A stretch of DNA of 64,000 nt, taken from contig NIVC01000827.1 of assembly GCA_002269645.1 (NCBI GenBank), positions 62,001-126,000 on the forward strand. The letters run 5' to 3'. Numbering within the stretch: position 1 is the first letter of the stretch; each line of letters begins with the position of its first letter. Source of the DNA: Macrostomum lignano. Lineage: Eukaryota. The translations under genes and the position numbers were made by a program. The notes under the pieces were generated by a model that saw only the letters and a list, made by a program, of their open reading frames with translations, did no database searches and had not been told where the DNA came from. Of this stretch, positions 1 to 12,089 are shown in pieces.

Positions 1-1
1 A

Positions 2-1612
2 CTCGCTGTCAACCTGATCTGGGGAGAGCCGGATAGCGGACTGGACCTGTGGAACGCATTCGCAGAGGACCTTGGCGAAAATCTACGCTACCACAACCGT
101 GATCTAAGTACAGAAGAGGTCACCGACACGACGTTGCGCCAGCTGCAAAGCCTGCTGACCTCTATGGGCGGTCGCAGCTTGCGAGAGTACGGGCTGCCGG
201 CCGCCTCTGCCATGCCTCAAGTAGGGCCGATGCAGTTTGACACGGACGAGCAGGCTGAGATAGCGAGGACGCGCCTGCCAACGCTGACCGACGAACAGAG
301 GGCCGTGTACGAGGCAGTGACTGCCGATCTGACTGCCGGCTCTGGCGGACTGCATTTTCTCGACGCTCCAGCTGGCTTAGGGAAGACCTACTTGCTTGAG
401 GTTTTGCTGGCGTTTGTAAGAAGCCGCGGAGAAGTCACCCTGGCTGTAGCGTCATCTGGCATTGCAGCCACTTTGCTACCAGGTGGACAGACGGCGCATT
501 CCACGTGAGTTTTAAACTTCATGGTTTTTTATTTTGCTACATTTTACTTTCTGCATGTATTGGTGCATAGTACATGTAATCTATCTATATAACTTCATGA
601 TTCAAGGTCTTGATTTTTCTTTTAAGTTAATTCAAAGAAAGAATTATCAAAATTGTATGCAATTTTTGTCAGCTTCACAATCTGCCGATACAATCTCAGA
701 AAATTGATTTCTACATTCAAGAAAAAATTCTGTTGGCCTGTGCACAACTTCATTCTCGCCAGTTTCAAGATCCCAGTTCGACTCGTTCGCTCGGAGAAGG
801 ACGTCTGCTCGATTAGCTCGCAGTCGAAGCAAGCAGCGGTGTTGCGGACGGTTCGGCTCATCGTCTGGGATGAGATTTCAATGACCAACCGGAAGGACCT
901 GGAGACTGTCGAACGAAGTCTGCGAGACGTACGAAGTCAAGATCGCCCTTTCGGTGGAGCTGTGGTTGTGTGCTCCGGAGACTTTCGACAACTGCTGCCT
1001 GTCGTGAAAAGCGGAACGCGAGCCAACAACGTGTTTGCGTGCGTCAGCCGATCCAAGTTTTGGCCATTGTTTCAGCGGCATCGCCTGAGGACCAACATTC
1101 GGCTGCTGAGGAGTTCCGATGCGGCACTGTATGAGCGCTACTCGAGACTTCTGATTCAGGTGGGATGTACTCTGTACTATTTATACCGTACTTTTGATTG
1201 CTGTAGGTTGTTTATTTTCTACCTGGCATGCCAATTGTGCTCCTGCGCAACCTCAACCCACCGCGGCTTTGCAACGGCACCCGACTCATTATCCTAGCGC
1301 TGCAAAGTGGCTGCCGGCCAGTTCACCGGCGATGAGATCCTGCTGCCGCGGATCCCTCTGGTGCCGAACAACGCGGACCTGCCCGTAGCATTCAAACGGC
1401 TGCAGTTTCCGGTGAAGCCAAGCTTTTGCCTGACTATCCACAAGTCCCAAGGGCAGAGCTTGGAGACTGTCGGCATCGACCTGACTGTGGGATGCTTTGC
1501 TCACGGACAGCTCTACACTGCTCTGTCTCGAGCCAAGAATGCAGCGAGTATCCGAGTCAGGATGCCGGGAACCACGACAAAGAACGTCGTTTATCCAGAG
1601 ATTCTCACATGA
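2..1612 (+). pseudogene. Helitron Rep/helicase, PIF1-like SF1 helicase region (5' end outside window, internally deleted, frameshifted)
   Basis: Frame open from base 2. Motifs LDAPAGLGKT (Walker A), ASSGIAA, TAHSTFKIP (after splicing), IVWDEISM, GDFRQLLPV, LLRNLNPPRLCNGTRL, QFPV-TIHKSQGQSL and HGQLYTALSR, all typical of Helitron helicases. The segment between LLIQVG and GMPIVLLRN is missing. Confidence 0.9.
505..762 (+). other. Spliceosomal intron (phase 2) in the Helitron helicase
   Basis: Donor GTGAGT at 505, acceptor ttcattctcgccAG at 761-762. Removal gives CAT TCC AC|T TTC AAG ATC CCA = HSTFKIP, the conserved Helitron motif. Confidence 0.85.
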
Positions 1613-2699
1613 GATTAGAGCTGATTATGCATGACTTATAAGTATGTCCTTTTAGTTCTAATAAAGTATTATAGGGAAATGAAAACTGAAAGTTTAGACA
1701 ATAAATTAAGCATAGAGGATTTACACGCCTAAAGCAAAAGAATGTAGCCATCACGTGCTAGCACAAAGCTGACAAAAGGCCAGAAAAAATTCAATTTCAA
1801 TTTGTGAACTGGTTTTGAACAACGGTTTCTGTTCTGTCGATTTCACAACCTTAAATTTTACAACCTCAAAATCAGTTTTTCATTTCTCTGTCACGATATG
1901 TATCATAATTTACTTACAGCCTTTGATATGTATGTTACTATTATACTCTTACCGTAAATCTGTATAGTATGAAGGGAATTTGTAAGGTATTCTATTTTCA
2001 TAAAGTATAAACTTATTTTTAAATAGCTTATATTTAAGGCAATACCTTTATCAAATCCCCAAGATGCTTAATACCAGTACAGCCGCAGTTATTGAGCAGT
2101 TATTAATTTCAATTAGTTTCAATAATGCTGGTGCCCACCATCACAGCTTTTCAACCCCCCCCCCTCCTATCGCAGTAAATGTGCGTCAGCAATATATGAA
2201 GAAAAATCCTACTATAATGCTATATTCCGCGAAAAAAATCAGGCAATTCTTTCATAAATATCTGATTCTGTAGAATACTAACTAGCTTATTCATACTTAT
2301 TTTTACTCTGGAGACTGTATTTTACCTGCTACTATGAGTACTTTATACGCATATAGTTGAGGTATTGATGTACAAGTATTCTACGAGACTCCAGCTCGTG
2401 GCGGGACTTTCCACTATGGCTAAATTTATAATATAGTAAAGTGCAAGTCACATTCGCACTGAAGCCATGAAAAGAGTTAAACTGAAGTGGAAAGTCCTGA
2501 ATGATGTCTTCCGTCTTTCTCATTTCAATAGCACCACTTATTTTACGAGAGCAGTGTCGATTCAATGTAACTGTCCTATTTATCAAGACAGTGGAAAGCC
2601 TTTGGGCTAAGTAGAAGAGTCTTTAAATAAGTTGGAAATTATTGACTCACAGAGTTTCTGAACTAAGATACTTTTTACTGACTGATCTATCGCTTAACT

Positions 2700-3020
2700 A
2701 CACATTGCTAACAGAGAGTTGCGTTGATGGGGGAATACTATTGATATGGGAATGCTGTTCATGGGGCAATGCTGCTGATGGGGGAATGCTTTGGATTCTT
2801 TGGATTGGGATTATTTGGACGGGGGTTTGGACGGGGGTCAATTATATTTTGATGGGGGATTATTTGGATGGGAGAATCTTTGGATTATTTGGATGGGGAT
2901 TATTTGGATGTGGTTTATTTAGATGGGGATTCTTTGGAGGAGGGATTCTTTGGATATGGATAGATTGGGGGATTGGGGGATTCTTTGGATGGCGAAAACT
3001 GTGGTTGGAGTTTGGACGGA
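2700..3020. repeat. G/T-rich degenerate low-complexity repeat (GGGGATT/TTTGGA units)
   Basis: Recurring ttggatggggattatttgga-type words; the ORF across it is compositional (G/W/I-rich). Confidence 0.6.
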
Positions 3021-3023
3021 AAG

Positions 3024-3060
3024 CCCCAACGGGGGTTGGAATTGGCTAGTCCAATATACT
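3024..3060 (+). mobile_element. Putative Helitron 3' end (hairpin + CTAG) directly followed by a Helitron-like 5' end (TC...)
   Basis: CCAAC-GGGG-GTTGG hairpin a few nt upstream of CTAG (3046-3049), then TCCAATATACTAAAAATG and (GTAT)n, resembling the 5' ends of non-autonomous Helitrons. Confidence 0.5.
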
Positions 3061-3689
3061 AAAAATGAGTTGTCTGTATGTATGTATGTGGGTAGGTAGG
3101 TATGGGATAGATTTCAGAAAAAATCTGAAATCGTTTCAGAAGTCGTTTCAGAAAAAACGACTTAACCGATTTTCTTCAAACTTGACACATTTGATCAGAA
3201 ATTTTCCTGGCACGGTACATGCATCTTGGCTAAGAAATCGCTCAATTTTAAAGGGATTAAATATTCGAAAAACATGCTTTTTTGCAAAGGTCAAGCAAAA
3301 TTTTCGACTTTAAATACAGTGTAAGAATGCTAGAGAAAAAACTGACTGGCTGAATTCTGATTCTGATTAAGATTGCATCACAACAAGAGGAAAACAGTGT
3401 CGAAAAAATGCACACAAGACTTGATTGTAATTGTGTAACCATATTGCTAACTTGAATTGAGACTGATACTGGCTGACTGAGAAATTAATTGTCATAACTT
3501 TTTACTTAACCGACTTGCTATAAGAAATGAATTTTAAGGGCCACAATTCATGTTCTCCAATTAAAAAGAGATAGCCTAGATGCGAACAGACTGGACTGCT
3601 AATGTAGCGACCTGGGTTTGAAGCTTAGTAGTGCAAAATAATTTTTTTATTAAAACACTTTACAAACACAAAATGCTAAACATAAAAAA

Positions 3690-6600
3690 GCGCAATGTCA
3701 AACATAAAAGTAGCACCATGTCGAACATCAAAGAGCCACAAAGTCAAAGATTAAATAGGCACGATATCAAACATTAAAGAGGCACAAAGTTAAACAATAA
3801 AGAGCCACTATGTCAAACATTCAAGAGCCACAATGTCAAACATCAAAGAGCCACAATGTCAAAGATTAAAGAGCCACCATGTCAAAAATTAAAGAGCCAC
3901 AATGTCAAAAATAAAAGAGTCACCATTTTAAACATTCAAGAGCCACCATGTCAAACATATGCGTGACTCCATGTCAAACATTAAAGAGCCACCATGTCAA
4001 ACAATAAAGATACACCATGTCAAAAATTAAAGAGCCACAATGTCAAACATTAAAGAGCCACGATGTCAAACATTCAAGACCCACCATGTCAAACATTAAA
4101 GGGCCACCATGTCAAACATTAAAGTGCTATCATGTCAAAAATTAAAGTGCTATCATGTCAAACATTAAAGTGCTACCATTTCAAACATTAAAGTGCTACC
4201 ATGTCAAACATTAAAGAGTCACCATGTCGAACATCAAAAATTAAAGAGCCACGATGTCAAAAATTAAAAAGCCACCATGTCAAACATTAAAGGGCCACCA
4301 TGTCAAACATTGAAGTGCTATCATGTCAAACATTAAAGTGCTACCATGTCAAACATTAAAGAGCCACCATGTCGAACATCAAAAATTAAAGAGCCACAAA
4401 GTCAAACATTAAAGAGCCACTATGTCAAACATTCAAGAGCCACAATGTCAAACATTAAACATCATGTCAAACATTAAAGAGCCACCATGTCAAACATTAT
4501 GTCAAACATTCAAGAGCCACAATGTCAAACATTAAACATCATGTCAAACATTAAAGAGCCACCATATTGAACATTAAAGAGCCACAAAGTCAAACATTAA
4601 AGAGCCACCATGTCGAACATCAAAAATTTAAGAGCCACAAAGTCAAACATTAAAGAGCCACTATGTCAAACATTCAATAGCCACAATGTCAAACATTAAA
4701 CATCATGTCAAACATTAAAGAGCCACCATGTCGAACATTAAAGAGCCACAAAGTCAAACATTAAAGAGCCACCATGTCGAACATTAAAGAGCCACAAAGT
4801 CAAACATTCAAGAGCCACAATGTCCAACATTAAACATCATGTCAAACATTAAAGAGCCACCATGTGGAACATTAAAGAGCCACAAAGTCAAACATCAAAG
4901 AGCCACGATGTCAAACATTCAAGACCCACCATGTCAAACATTAAAGGGCCACCATGTCAAACATTAAAGTGCTATCATGTCAAACATTAAAGTGCTACCA
5001 TTTCAAACATTAAAGTGCTACCATGTCAAACATTAAAGAGCCACCATGTCGAACATCAAAAATTAAAGAGCCACAAAGTCAAACATTAAAGAGCCACTAT
5101 GTCAAACATTCAAGAGCCACAATGTCAAACATTAAACATCATGTCAAACATTAAAGAGCCACCATGTCAAACATTATGTCAAACATTCAAGAGCCACAAT
5201 GTCAAACATTAAACATCATGTCAAACATTAAAGAGCCACCATATTGAACATTAAAGAGCCACAAAGTCAAACATTAAAGAGCCACCATGTCGAACATCAA
5301 AAATTAAAGAGCCACAAAGTCAAACATTAAAGAGCCACTATGTCAAACATTCAATAGCCACAATGTCAAACATTAAACATCATGTCAAACATTAAAGAGC
5401 CACCATGTCGAACATTAAAGAGCCACAAAGTCAAACATTAAAGAGCCACCATGTCGAACATTAAAGAGCCACAAAGTCAAACATTCAAGAGCCACAATGT
5501 CAAACATTAAACATCATGTCAAACATTAAAGAGCCACCATGTGGAACATTAAAGAGCCACAAAGTCAAACATCAAAGAGCCACGATGTCAAACATTCAAG
5601 ACCCACCATGTCAAACATTAAAGGGCCACCATGTCAAACATTAAAGTGCTATCATGTCAAACATTAAAGTGCTACCATTTCAAACATTAAAGTGCTACCA
5701 TGTCAAACATTAAAGAGCCACCATGTCGAACATCAAAAATTAAAGAGCCACAAAGTCAAACATTAAAGAGCCACTATGTCAAACATTCAAGAGCCACAAT
5801 GTCAAACATTAAACATCATGTCAAACATTAAAGAGCCACCATGTCAAACATTATGTCAAACATTCAAGAGCCACAATGTCAAACATTAAACATCATGTCA
5901 AACATTAAAGAGCCACCATGTCAAACATTATGTCAAACATTCAAGAGCCACAATGTCAAACATTAAACATCATGTCAAACATTAAAGAGCCACCATGTCA
6001 AACATTATGTCAAACATTCAAGAGCCACAATGTCAAACATTAAACATCATGTCAAACATTAAAGAGCCACCATATCGAACATTAAAGAGCCACAAAGTCA
6101 AACATTAAAGAGCCACCATGTCGAACATCAAAAATTAAAGAGCCACAAAGTCAAACATTAAAGAGCCACTATGTCAAACATTCAATAGCCACAATGTCAA
6201 ACATTAAACATCATGTCAAACATTAAAGAGCCACCATGTCGAACATTAAAGAGCCACAAAGTCAAACATTAAAGAGCCACTATGTCGAACATTAAAGAGC
6301 CACAAAGTCAAACAATAAAGAGCCACCATGTCAAACATTAAAGAGCCAGCAAGTCAAACATTAAAGAGCCACAAATTCAAACATAAAAGAGTCACCATGT
6401 CAAAAATTAAAGAGCCAGCAAGTCAAACATTAAAGAGCCACCATGACAAACTTTCAAGAGCCACAATGTGAAACATTAAAGAGCCACCATGTCAAACATT
6501 AAAGAGCCACCATGTCAAGCATTAAAGGGATTTCAAGTTCAAACATTAAAGAGCCACCATGTCAAACATGCGTGACTCCATGTCAAACATTAAAGAGCCA

Positions 6601-6876
6601 CCATGTCAAACATTAAAGAGCCACCATGTCAAACATTAAAGAGCCACCATGTCAGACATTAAAGAGCCACCATGTCATACATTCAAGAGCCACGATGTCA
6701 AACATTCAAGAGCCACGATGTCAAACATTAAAGAGCCACGATGTCAAAAATTAAAGAGCCACAAAGTCAAACATTAAAGAGCCACAATGTCAAACATTAA
6801 AGAGCCACAATGTCAAGCATTAAAGAGCCACCATGTCAAACATTAAAGAGCCACAATGTCAAACATTAAAGAGCCT
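3690..6876. repeat. Minisatellite array, 23-bp consensus AAAGAGCCACCATGTCAAACATT, with higher-order repeats
   Basis: More than 100 degenerate tandem units. The variant block cgatgtcaaacattcaagacccacc recurs at 4061, 4906 and 5583. Confidence 0.95.
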
Positions 6877-6984
6877 TAAATGTTGGAAATTCTGGAACTC
6901 ACGTTGAGTGCGCCGTCTGTCCGCCAGGAAGCAAAGTGGCAGCAATGCCGGATGACGCTACAGCAAGAGCCACTTCAGCAAAAG

Positions 6985-8030
6985 TGAAGAAGAGAGGTTT
7001 CAAGTTTGAAGATGGTCTAGAGTATCACAAGAATATTCCTGATGGCAGGGGTTGTTTTCTTGAAGTTGACCTTGAATATACAGATGAGTGTAAGAAAGCT
7101 ACAAGTAAATATCCACTTGCTCCTGCGAAACGAACAACTAGATTAGAGGATTTATGACATACAGAAGCAATACCTCGAAGTCGAAAAGAAAAAGTTTGTC
7201 CAGTCAAAGTTGATTTTGACATTTTACAATAAGGAGAAATATGTTTTACCTCAGAGACTACTTGAGTTTTATGAGAAGAAGATGGGCATGCGAGTTGTGA
7301 GCCATTGATTTGCTATAGAGCGCCCACCCCATTTTTCCGGCTCCGTACGTCAGCCGGCTTTCTCTCTCTAACTCTCGCCCCCTTATCTGTACTCGTAGTA
7401 AGCAAAGTGTACATTTACGACCACCACCCCACGCAATGCAGTAGCCGACTAAATATTAAATAAATAGCATCGTTTCGCCCACTGTGGCTTTCGTACTTCT
7501 TCGTGCAACTGCCAAATCATGCATTGAACTCTTAAACGAGTTACAAGAGTTTATAGAATTATTTCATTCAGAGTCAAACTGGTTGAGTAAATACATCGAA
7601 TTTAAAACCAAGCGGGGAATGGAAGCAAAAACTAAATTTGAGAAATACCTGTGGAATCTACTAAACAACTCATTCTACGGTAAAACAATCGAAAATGTAA
7701 AGAATAGGTCAAACTTTAATCTTGTAGCTGAAGAAAAAACTGCAAGGTGTTATTTTTCCGAACCAAATTTCAAAGATTTCCTTGTATTTAGTGAGGATGC
7801 AGTTGGTATCCAAATGTACAAAAAGACAATTGCGTGTGACAAGCCAATTTATTTAGGGATGGCCATTCTGGATTATACAAAAATTCTAATGTACGATTGC
7901 TATTACAATGTTATTGAGAAGAATTGGAACAGCTGTCAATTGCACTATTCTGATTGTGATTCGCTGATATTCTCAGTGATTACTCAGGATGTTTATGGGG
8001 ATCTTGAAAAAATTAAATATGCATATTTAA
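6985..8030 (+). pseudogene. Polinton/adintovirus protein-primed DNA polymerase B fragment, interrupted by a solo LTR
   Basis: GCFLEVDLEY..KYPLAP, LILTFYNKEKYV, RVTRVYRIISF..SNWLSKYI (restored), LLNNSFYGKT (motif B), KPIYLGMAILD and YSDCDSL (motif C-like). Confidence 0.85.
7296..7536 (+). mobile_element. Probable 241-bp solo LTR with 5-bp TSD CGAGT
   Basis: CGAGT at 7291-7295 and 7537-7541. Starts TGT, ends TAAA (degenerate CA), contains AATAAA. Removal restores PolB text MRVTRVYRII. Confidence 0.55.
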
Positions 8031-8188
8031 TCACTGTGTACACTTATATCACTGTGTATCACTGTGTACACTTATATCACTGTGTATCACTGTGTATCAC
8101 TGTGTACACTGTGTATCACTGTGTATCACTGTGTACACTGTGTATCACTGTGTATCACTGTGTACACTGTGTATCACTGTGTAATCAC
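8030..8188. repeat. 10-bp microsatellite (CACTGTGTAT/CACTGTGTAC)n
   Basis: Directly visible tandem repeat, ending just before a tttctgcAG acceptor-like site at 8191-8199. Confidence 0.95.
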
Positions 8189-8194
8189 TGTTTT

Positions 8195-9011
8195 CTGCAG
8201 AGCAGAAAACATCCTGAATGCCCAGAAAGTTCGACGTCAAATTCGGAAGGCCGGCCTCCGCTCTCGCAAGATGCGCAAGCGGCCTCGACTCAGTCCTGCC
8301 CACATCGCCAGCCGAGAGCAGTGGGCGATGCAGCGCGTCCACTGGAGGCAGCAGCAGTGGCGACGCGTTGTTTTCACTGACTAGAGCCGGTTCCGACTTT
8401 TTTAAGCAGATGGTCGCACCCGCGTTTGGCGAGAACCGCGGCAGGAGATGCTGCAGAAGCATGTACAGTGCACTGAGAGCCAGGCTGCCTCAGTGCACGT
8501 TTGGGCCGGCATCTCGCTACATTCAAGGACGGATATCGTCTTCCTGGATGCCAACGTGAACGCTAATAGCTACGCAGATCTTCTGCAGACTCGGTTCCTA
8601 CCGTTTGCCGACGCTGCTTTCGGAGGAGTTGGCAACTGCATTCTCCAGGATGATAACGCGACGCCACACCGAGCTGATGCTGTTGTCAAGTGAAAGAGCA
8701 GCTACAGATCCGCACTCTGCACTGGCCTTCCCGGTCCCCAGACATGAATCCAATCGAGCATGTCTGGGACTTTCTATAGCGCAGCATTCGAAAAGAGAAG
8801 TCACCACAGAATGTTGCGGAGCTACGTCACGCCATTGCAAACGCTTGGCAGCAACTTCCCCAGGACTTTCTGCGCCGCCTCATCTTGGGGATGCCCCGCA
8901 GAGTCGCCACTCTTCTGCGTGCGAGGGGATCCCACACGCGGTATTAAGCCTTGCGATTTTAACTGCATATCGCATAAAAAAATGAGCTTGTGATTTTGTG
9001 CGACCGGCGTT
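8195..9011 (+). pseudogene. Tc1/mariner-family transposase remnant
   Basis: WRRVVFTD*SRF, VHVWAGIS, ILQDDNATPH and WPSRSPDMNPIEHVW: the Tc1 DDE triad with stops and frameshifts. Possible right TIR near 8990-9011. Confidence 0.8.
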
Positions 9012-9344
9012 TATTATTGATTCAATAACCCTTCCCTCCTCGCGGCGTAGTAGCGTAACTCGCGGGTTGAATTGTGATCGAGAAGTTATCTCTGACTAGG
9101 CGCGATAGGGGTGGAACTTTTGACTGTCGCTGAGTATATTTCACCCCTCGTTTGCTTGAAAATTTTTAGGTGTTTCATCTCTGCAAACTTTATATTTATT
9201 CTTGAACTCATCGGTCTCAAGATATGAATCGGCTTTATAAATTTGTTTCTCATGATCAATGATGTCGGCATCTGTTGTATTTTTTCATTGTGAAGTGACA
9301 CATTTTGGCTCTAGAAAGTTACCATCCAGATTGAATGTATTTTA

Positions 9345-9455
9345 ACCAATGAATGCGCTCCAATTAGCAAAAGCTGAGGACACGACCCCAACCTCAACCA
9401 ATGAAAAACAGTTATGTACCATCCAATGCGATCAAGACTGAAAAGTACTATAAAA
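9345..9455 (+). promoter_or_regulatory. Pol II promoter-like cluster (several CCAAT boxes then TATAAAAG)
   Basis: aaccaatga, ccaatta, aaccaatga and atccaatg, followed by TATAAAAG near 9448. No downstream ORF identified. Confidence 0.35.
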
Positions 9456-9914
9456 GCTCATGTTAACCAAGCAAGAAGCACGCCTGGCCTCGCCTCACTT
9501 CCGCCTCTCTTTTCCTTCCTCGACATTTTAGCTTACCTCCTTTGACTAATTTTGATTGACACTGTTAGGGTCTCAACTTAAACACTAAAATTGATAAATT
9601 GACTCACTAAAACTAAAACAACAACCAACCCACGTTCCACAATAGACTGAACCTTCGGTTCACCCGAACACAGAAACCCCTTGGAACTCAAACAAAACGA
9701 GCTTATTATTTGGAATTCCATCCTAGACATTATATTTTGTAAGATAACATCTCGAGATTGTGACCATCAAATACAACGGTCTGTAAGTTACCATCAAGTG
9801 TTTGAATCATTAGGAAAAGTCAGTTGAATCCGTCGCCTCGGTTATTTGGCTCTCACATTGATATTTGAAATAGACATAGAGCCATAGAAGTGAGAGACCA
9901 GAAAAAGAACAATA

Positions 9915-10140
9915 ACATATATTTTAAAATATTTCAATGGGTAATTAATATTTATAATTCGTCTTTTTTTCTGCATCTCCAATATTTTGTCCAAAGCCGG
10001 GCTTGTTATTACATTCGACTATTAGGTTGCCAGTAAAACAACATTACACTGGCTTGAATGTAAAGTTCTAGCTTGAATAACTCCTCCACCAGTTAGTAAT
10101 TTTATTGATGGATTGTTCAAGACACCACTTACTTCCTGAC
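9915..10140 (-). pseudogene. D5-like SF3 helicase C-terminal fragment
   Basis: Manual minus-strand translation: QEVSGVLNNPSIKLLTGGGVIQARTL..(frameshift)LIVECNNKPGF..GDAEKRRIININYP. This matches D5 motif B, motif C (CN.P) and the Arg finger. Confidence 0.7.
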
Positions 10141-10143
10141 TGA

Positions 10144-11850
10144 TGTGGTGATCCAGCATAGCTAGCATAGGCTGCTCCTGGGATCCCCTCTTAGTCAGTC
10201 AGTTAGTGCTTGGGCTGTAGCAGTGGGAGTTGGGCATAGGGCCTGTCCCTTCCTCCTCTTCCTTTGTGCAGGCTCAGGTGTGCAGCTGTCGCGGGACAGG
10301 GAGAGAAACTCTCTCCCCCTCTCCCCCTGGCGCAGTCTGCAATGGGCTAAAAATAGAAACATTAGTCAGTGGGATATTTCTCCCTTAATACAGGCTCATT
10401 TAGTCAGCGGGAGTGAGAGCATAGCTCTCCGCCCGGGGTAGGCTCTCGTGGGGTCTTGGGTGCACTCCTTGCATGCCGCAACATGCAAGCAGTGTACCAG
10501 CAGGCCATGCGGGGGTGCTTTCACAAGGTCGAAATTTCACAACGTCGAAAAGTAAATTATTTCACAAGGTCGAAACTTCACAAGGTCGAAATTTCACAAC
10601 ATCGAAAACTTTAGCAAGAGACTTCATAAGGTCGAAATTTCATAAGGTCGAAATTTCACAACATCGAAAACTCAAATAGCAGCCACTTTCACAAGGTCGA
10701 AACTTCACAAGGTCGAAATTTCACAACATCGAAAACTTTAGCAAGAGACTTCAAAAGGTCGAAATTTCATAAGGTCGAAATTTCACAACATCGAAAACTC
10801 AAATAGCAGCCACTTTCACAAGGTCGAAACTTCATAAGCTCGAAATTTCACAAAGTCGAAAATTTTATATATCAAGAACCATACAGTAGTTTTCTACGTT
10901 GTGAAATTTTGACCTTATGAAATTTCGACCTTATGAAGTCTCTTGCTAAAATTTTCGATGTTGTGAAATTTCGACCTTGTGAAGTTTCGACCTTATGAAA
11001 GTGGCTGCTGTTTAACTTTTCTACGTTGTGAAATTTCGACCTTGTGAAATTTCGACCTTATGAAATCTCTTGCTAGATTTTTCGATGTTGTGAAATTTCG
11101 ACCTTGTGAAGTTTCGACCTTGTGAAAGTGGCTGCTATTTGAGTTTTCGATGTTATGAAATTTCGACCTTGTGAAATTTCGACCTTGTGAAAGAAGGTGC
11201 TTTCGACGTTGTGAAATTTCGAGTTTGTGAAACCCCCCCGCCATGCGGAGGCTGCATGATGAGGCAGATGTCTTATGGACATCTCCAAGATCGTTCCTGG
11301 CTCCGGGTAGTCCACGGAACTGCCTCTGAGCTTCCCATTGGCCCTGAGACCCCCGAGATTGAGTATAAATACAGAGTATGTGAAGGCCCAAAGAGACCAT
11401 CCGCCTCTCGGACCGCAGAGACCGCCTGCTGTCTTCGAGCAAAGGCTAGCTTTCCTAGACGCTTTTCCTAGATGAACTAGCTTAGGCAGATTCGCTAGAC
11501 GCTTTTCCTAGGGATAATCTGCTAACAATTCTTTGTTGCAGCTGCCATTTGCTCATTGAGACTGCCGCAGGTCTTTGTGCTCGCCAGACCTTCAACACCG
11601 TCTGGACCTGGTCTCGTGGCCTACATCCTACGCTGTTGGGCAACATAAGTGACACCTAATAGGGTCTAGGGATTGTTACTGCGACACCAGTGGAGTTACT
11701 AAATGATAATCTAGGATCGGCCGGTGACCGTCATTCACATTAATAAACGTTTTACTGACTTGTTTTGTCTTATTTATTTTCTACTTATCAGTAGGCCTAC
11801 CTAGGGATAACCTGTCGAGGATATCACCTGTAGACCTACAAGGTGGCAGC
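10144..11850 (+). mobile_element. Probable Gypsy-type LTR (TGT...ACA, about 0.96 kb after removing the nested element) with tRNA-Leu-type PBS
   Basis: TGTGGTGA at 10144, TATAAATA near 11363, AATAAA near 11742, CTACA end at 11840, GGTGGCAGC at 11842-11850. No partner LTR found. Confidence 0.55.
10513..11239. mobile_element. Non-autonomous foldback/Mutator-like element built from inverted arrays of about 15-bp repeats; 9-bp TSD
   Basis: TSD GCCATGCGG at 10504-10512 and 11240-11248. G-rich/C-rich termini. Left arm (TTTCACAAGGTCGAA)n, right arm its reverse complement, about 30-bp spacer near 10862-10892. Confidence 0.85.
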
Positions 11851-12089
11851 AACCCAACTACCAATACTCGGTTTAATATCTAATTGTACTCAGTAGAGAC
11901 TAAGAGGGGTTAATTCGGACCATAGTGCTAGACCACTCAGGCCAGCTACCGGCCGTACAGGTTATTGAGGACAGACAGAGAAAGTAGTAGGCAACAGCAG
12001 TAGTCATCAAAGAGAAGGGGATCCACAGGCCATTACATTGGTGGGATTCACAAGGCCATTACACTGATAACCAACCTCTTTTTATTTAT

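Noticed and set aside
2642-3049. 135-aa G/W/I-rich membrane-like ORF
   Set aside because: It arises from G/T low-complexity repeats.
3690-6876. CRISPR-like array
   Set aside because: Units are directly adjacent with no unique spacers, there are no cas genes and the context is eukaryotic; it is a minisatellite.
7484-8380. Single 298-aa CDS from the ORF track
   Set aside because: It is a chimera of solo-LTR sequence, PolB, a microsatellite and an out-of-frame Tc1 region.
9316-9796. AAGTTACCATC direct repeat as a TSD around the promoter-like segment
   Set aside because: There are no terminal repeats or tail, and flank continuity could not be shown.
10473-11471. ORFs with repeated SQGRNFT motifs
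   Set aside because: They are translations of the 15-bp foldback repeats.
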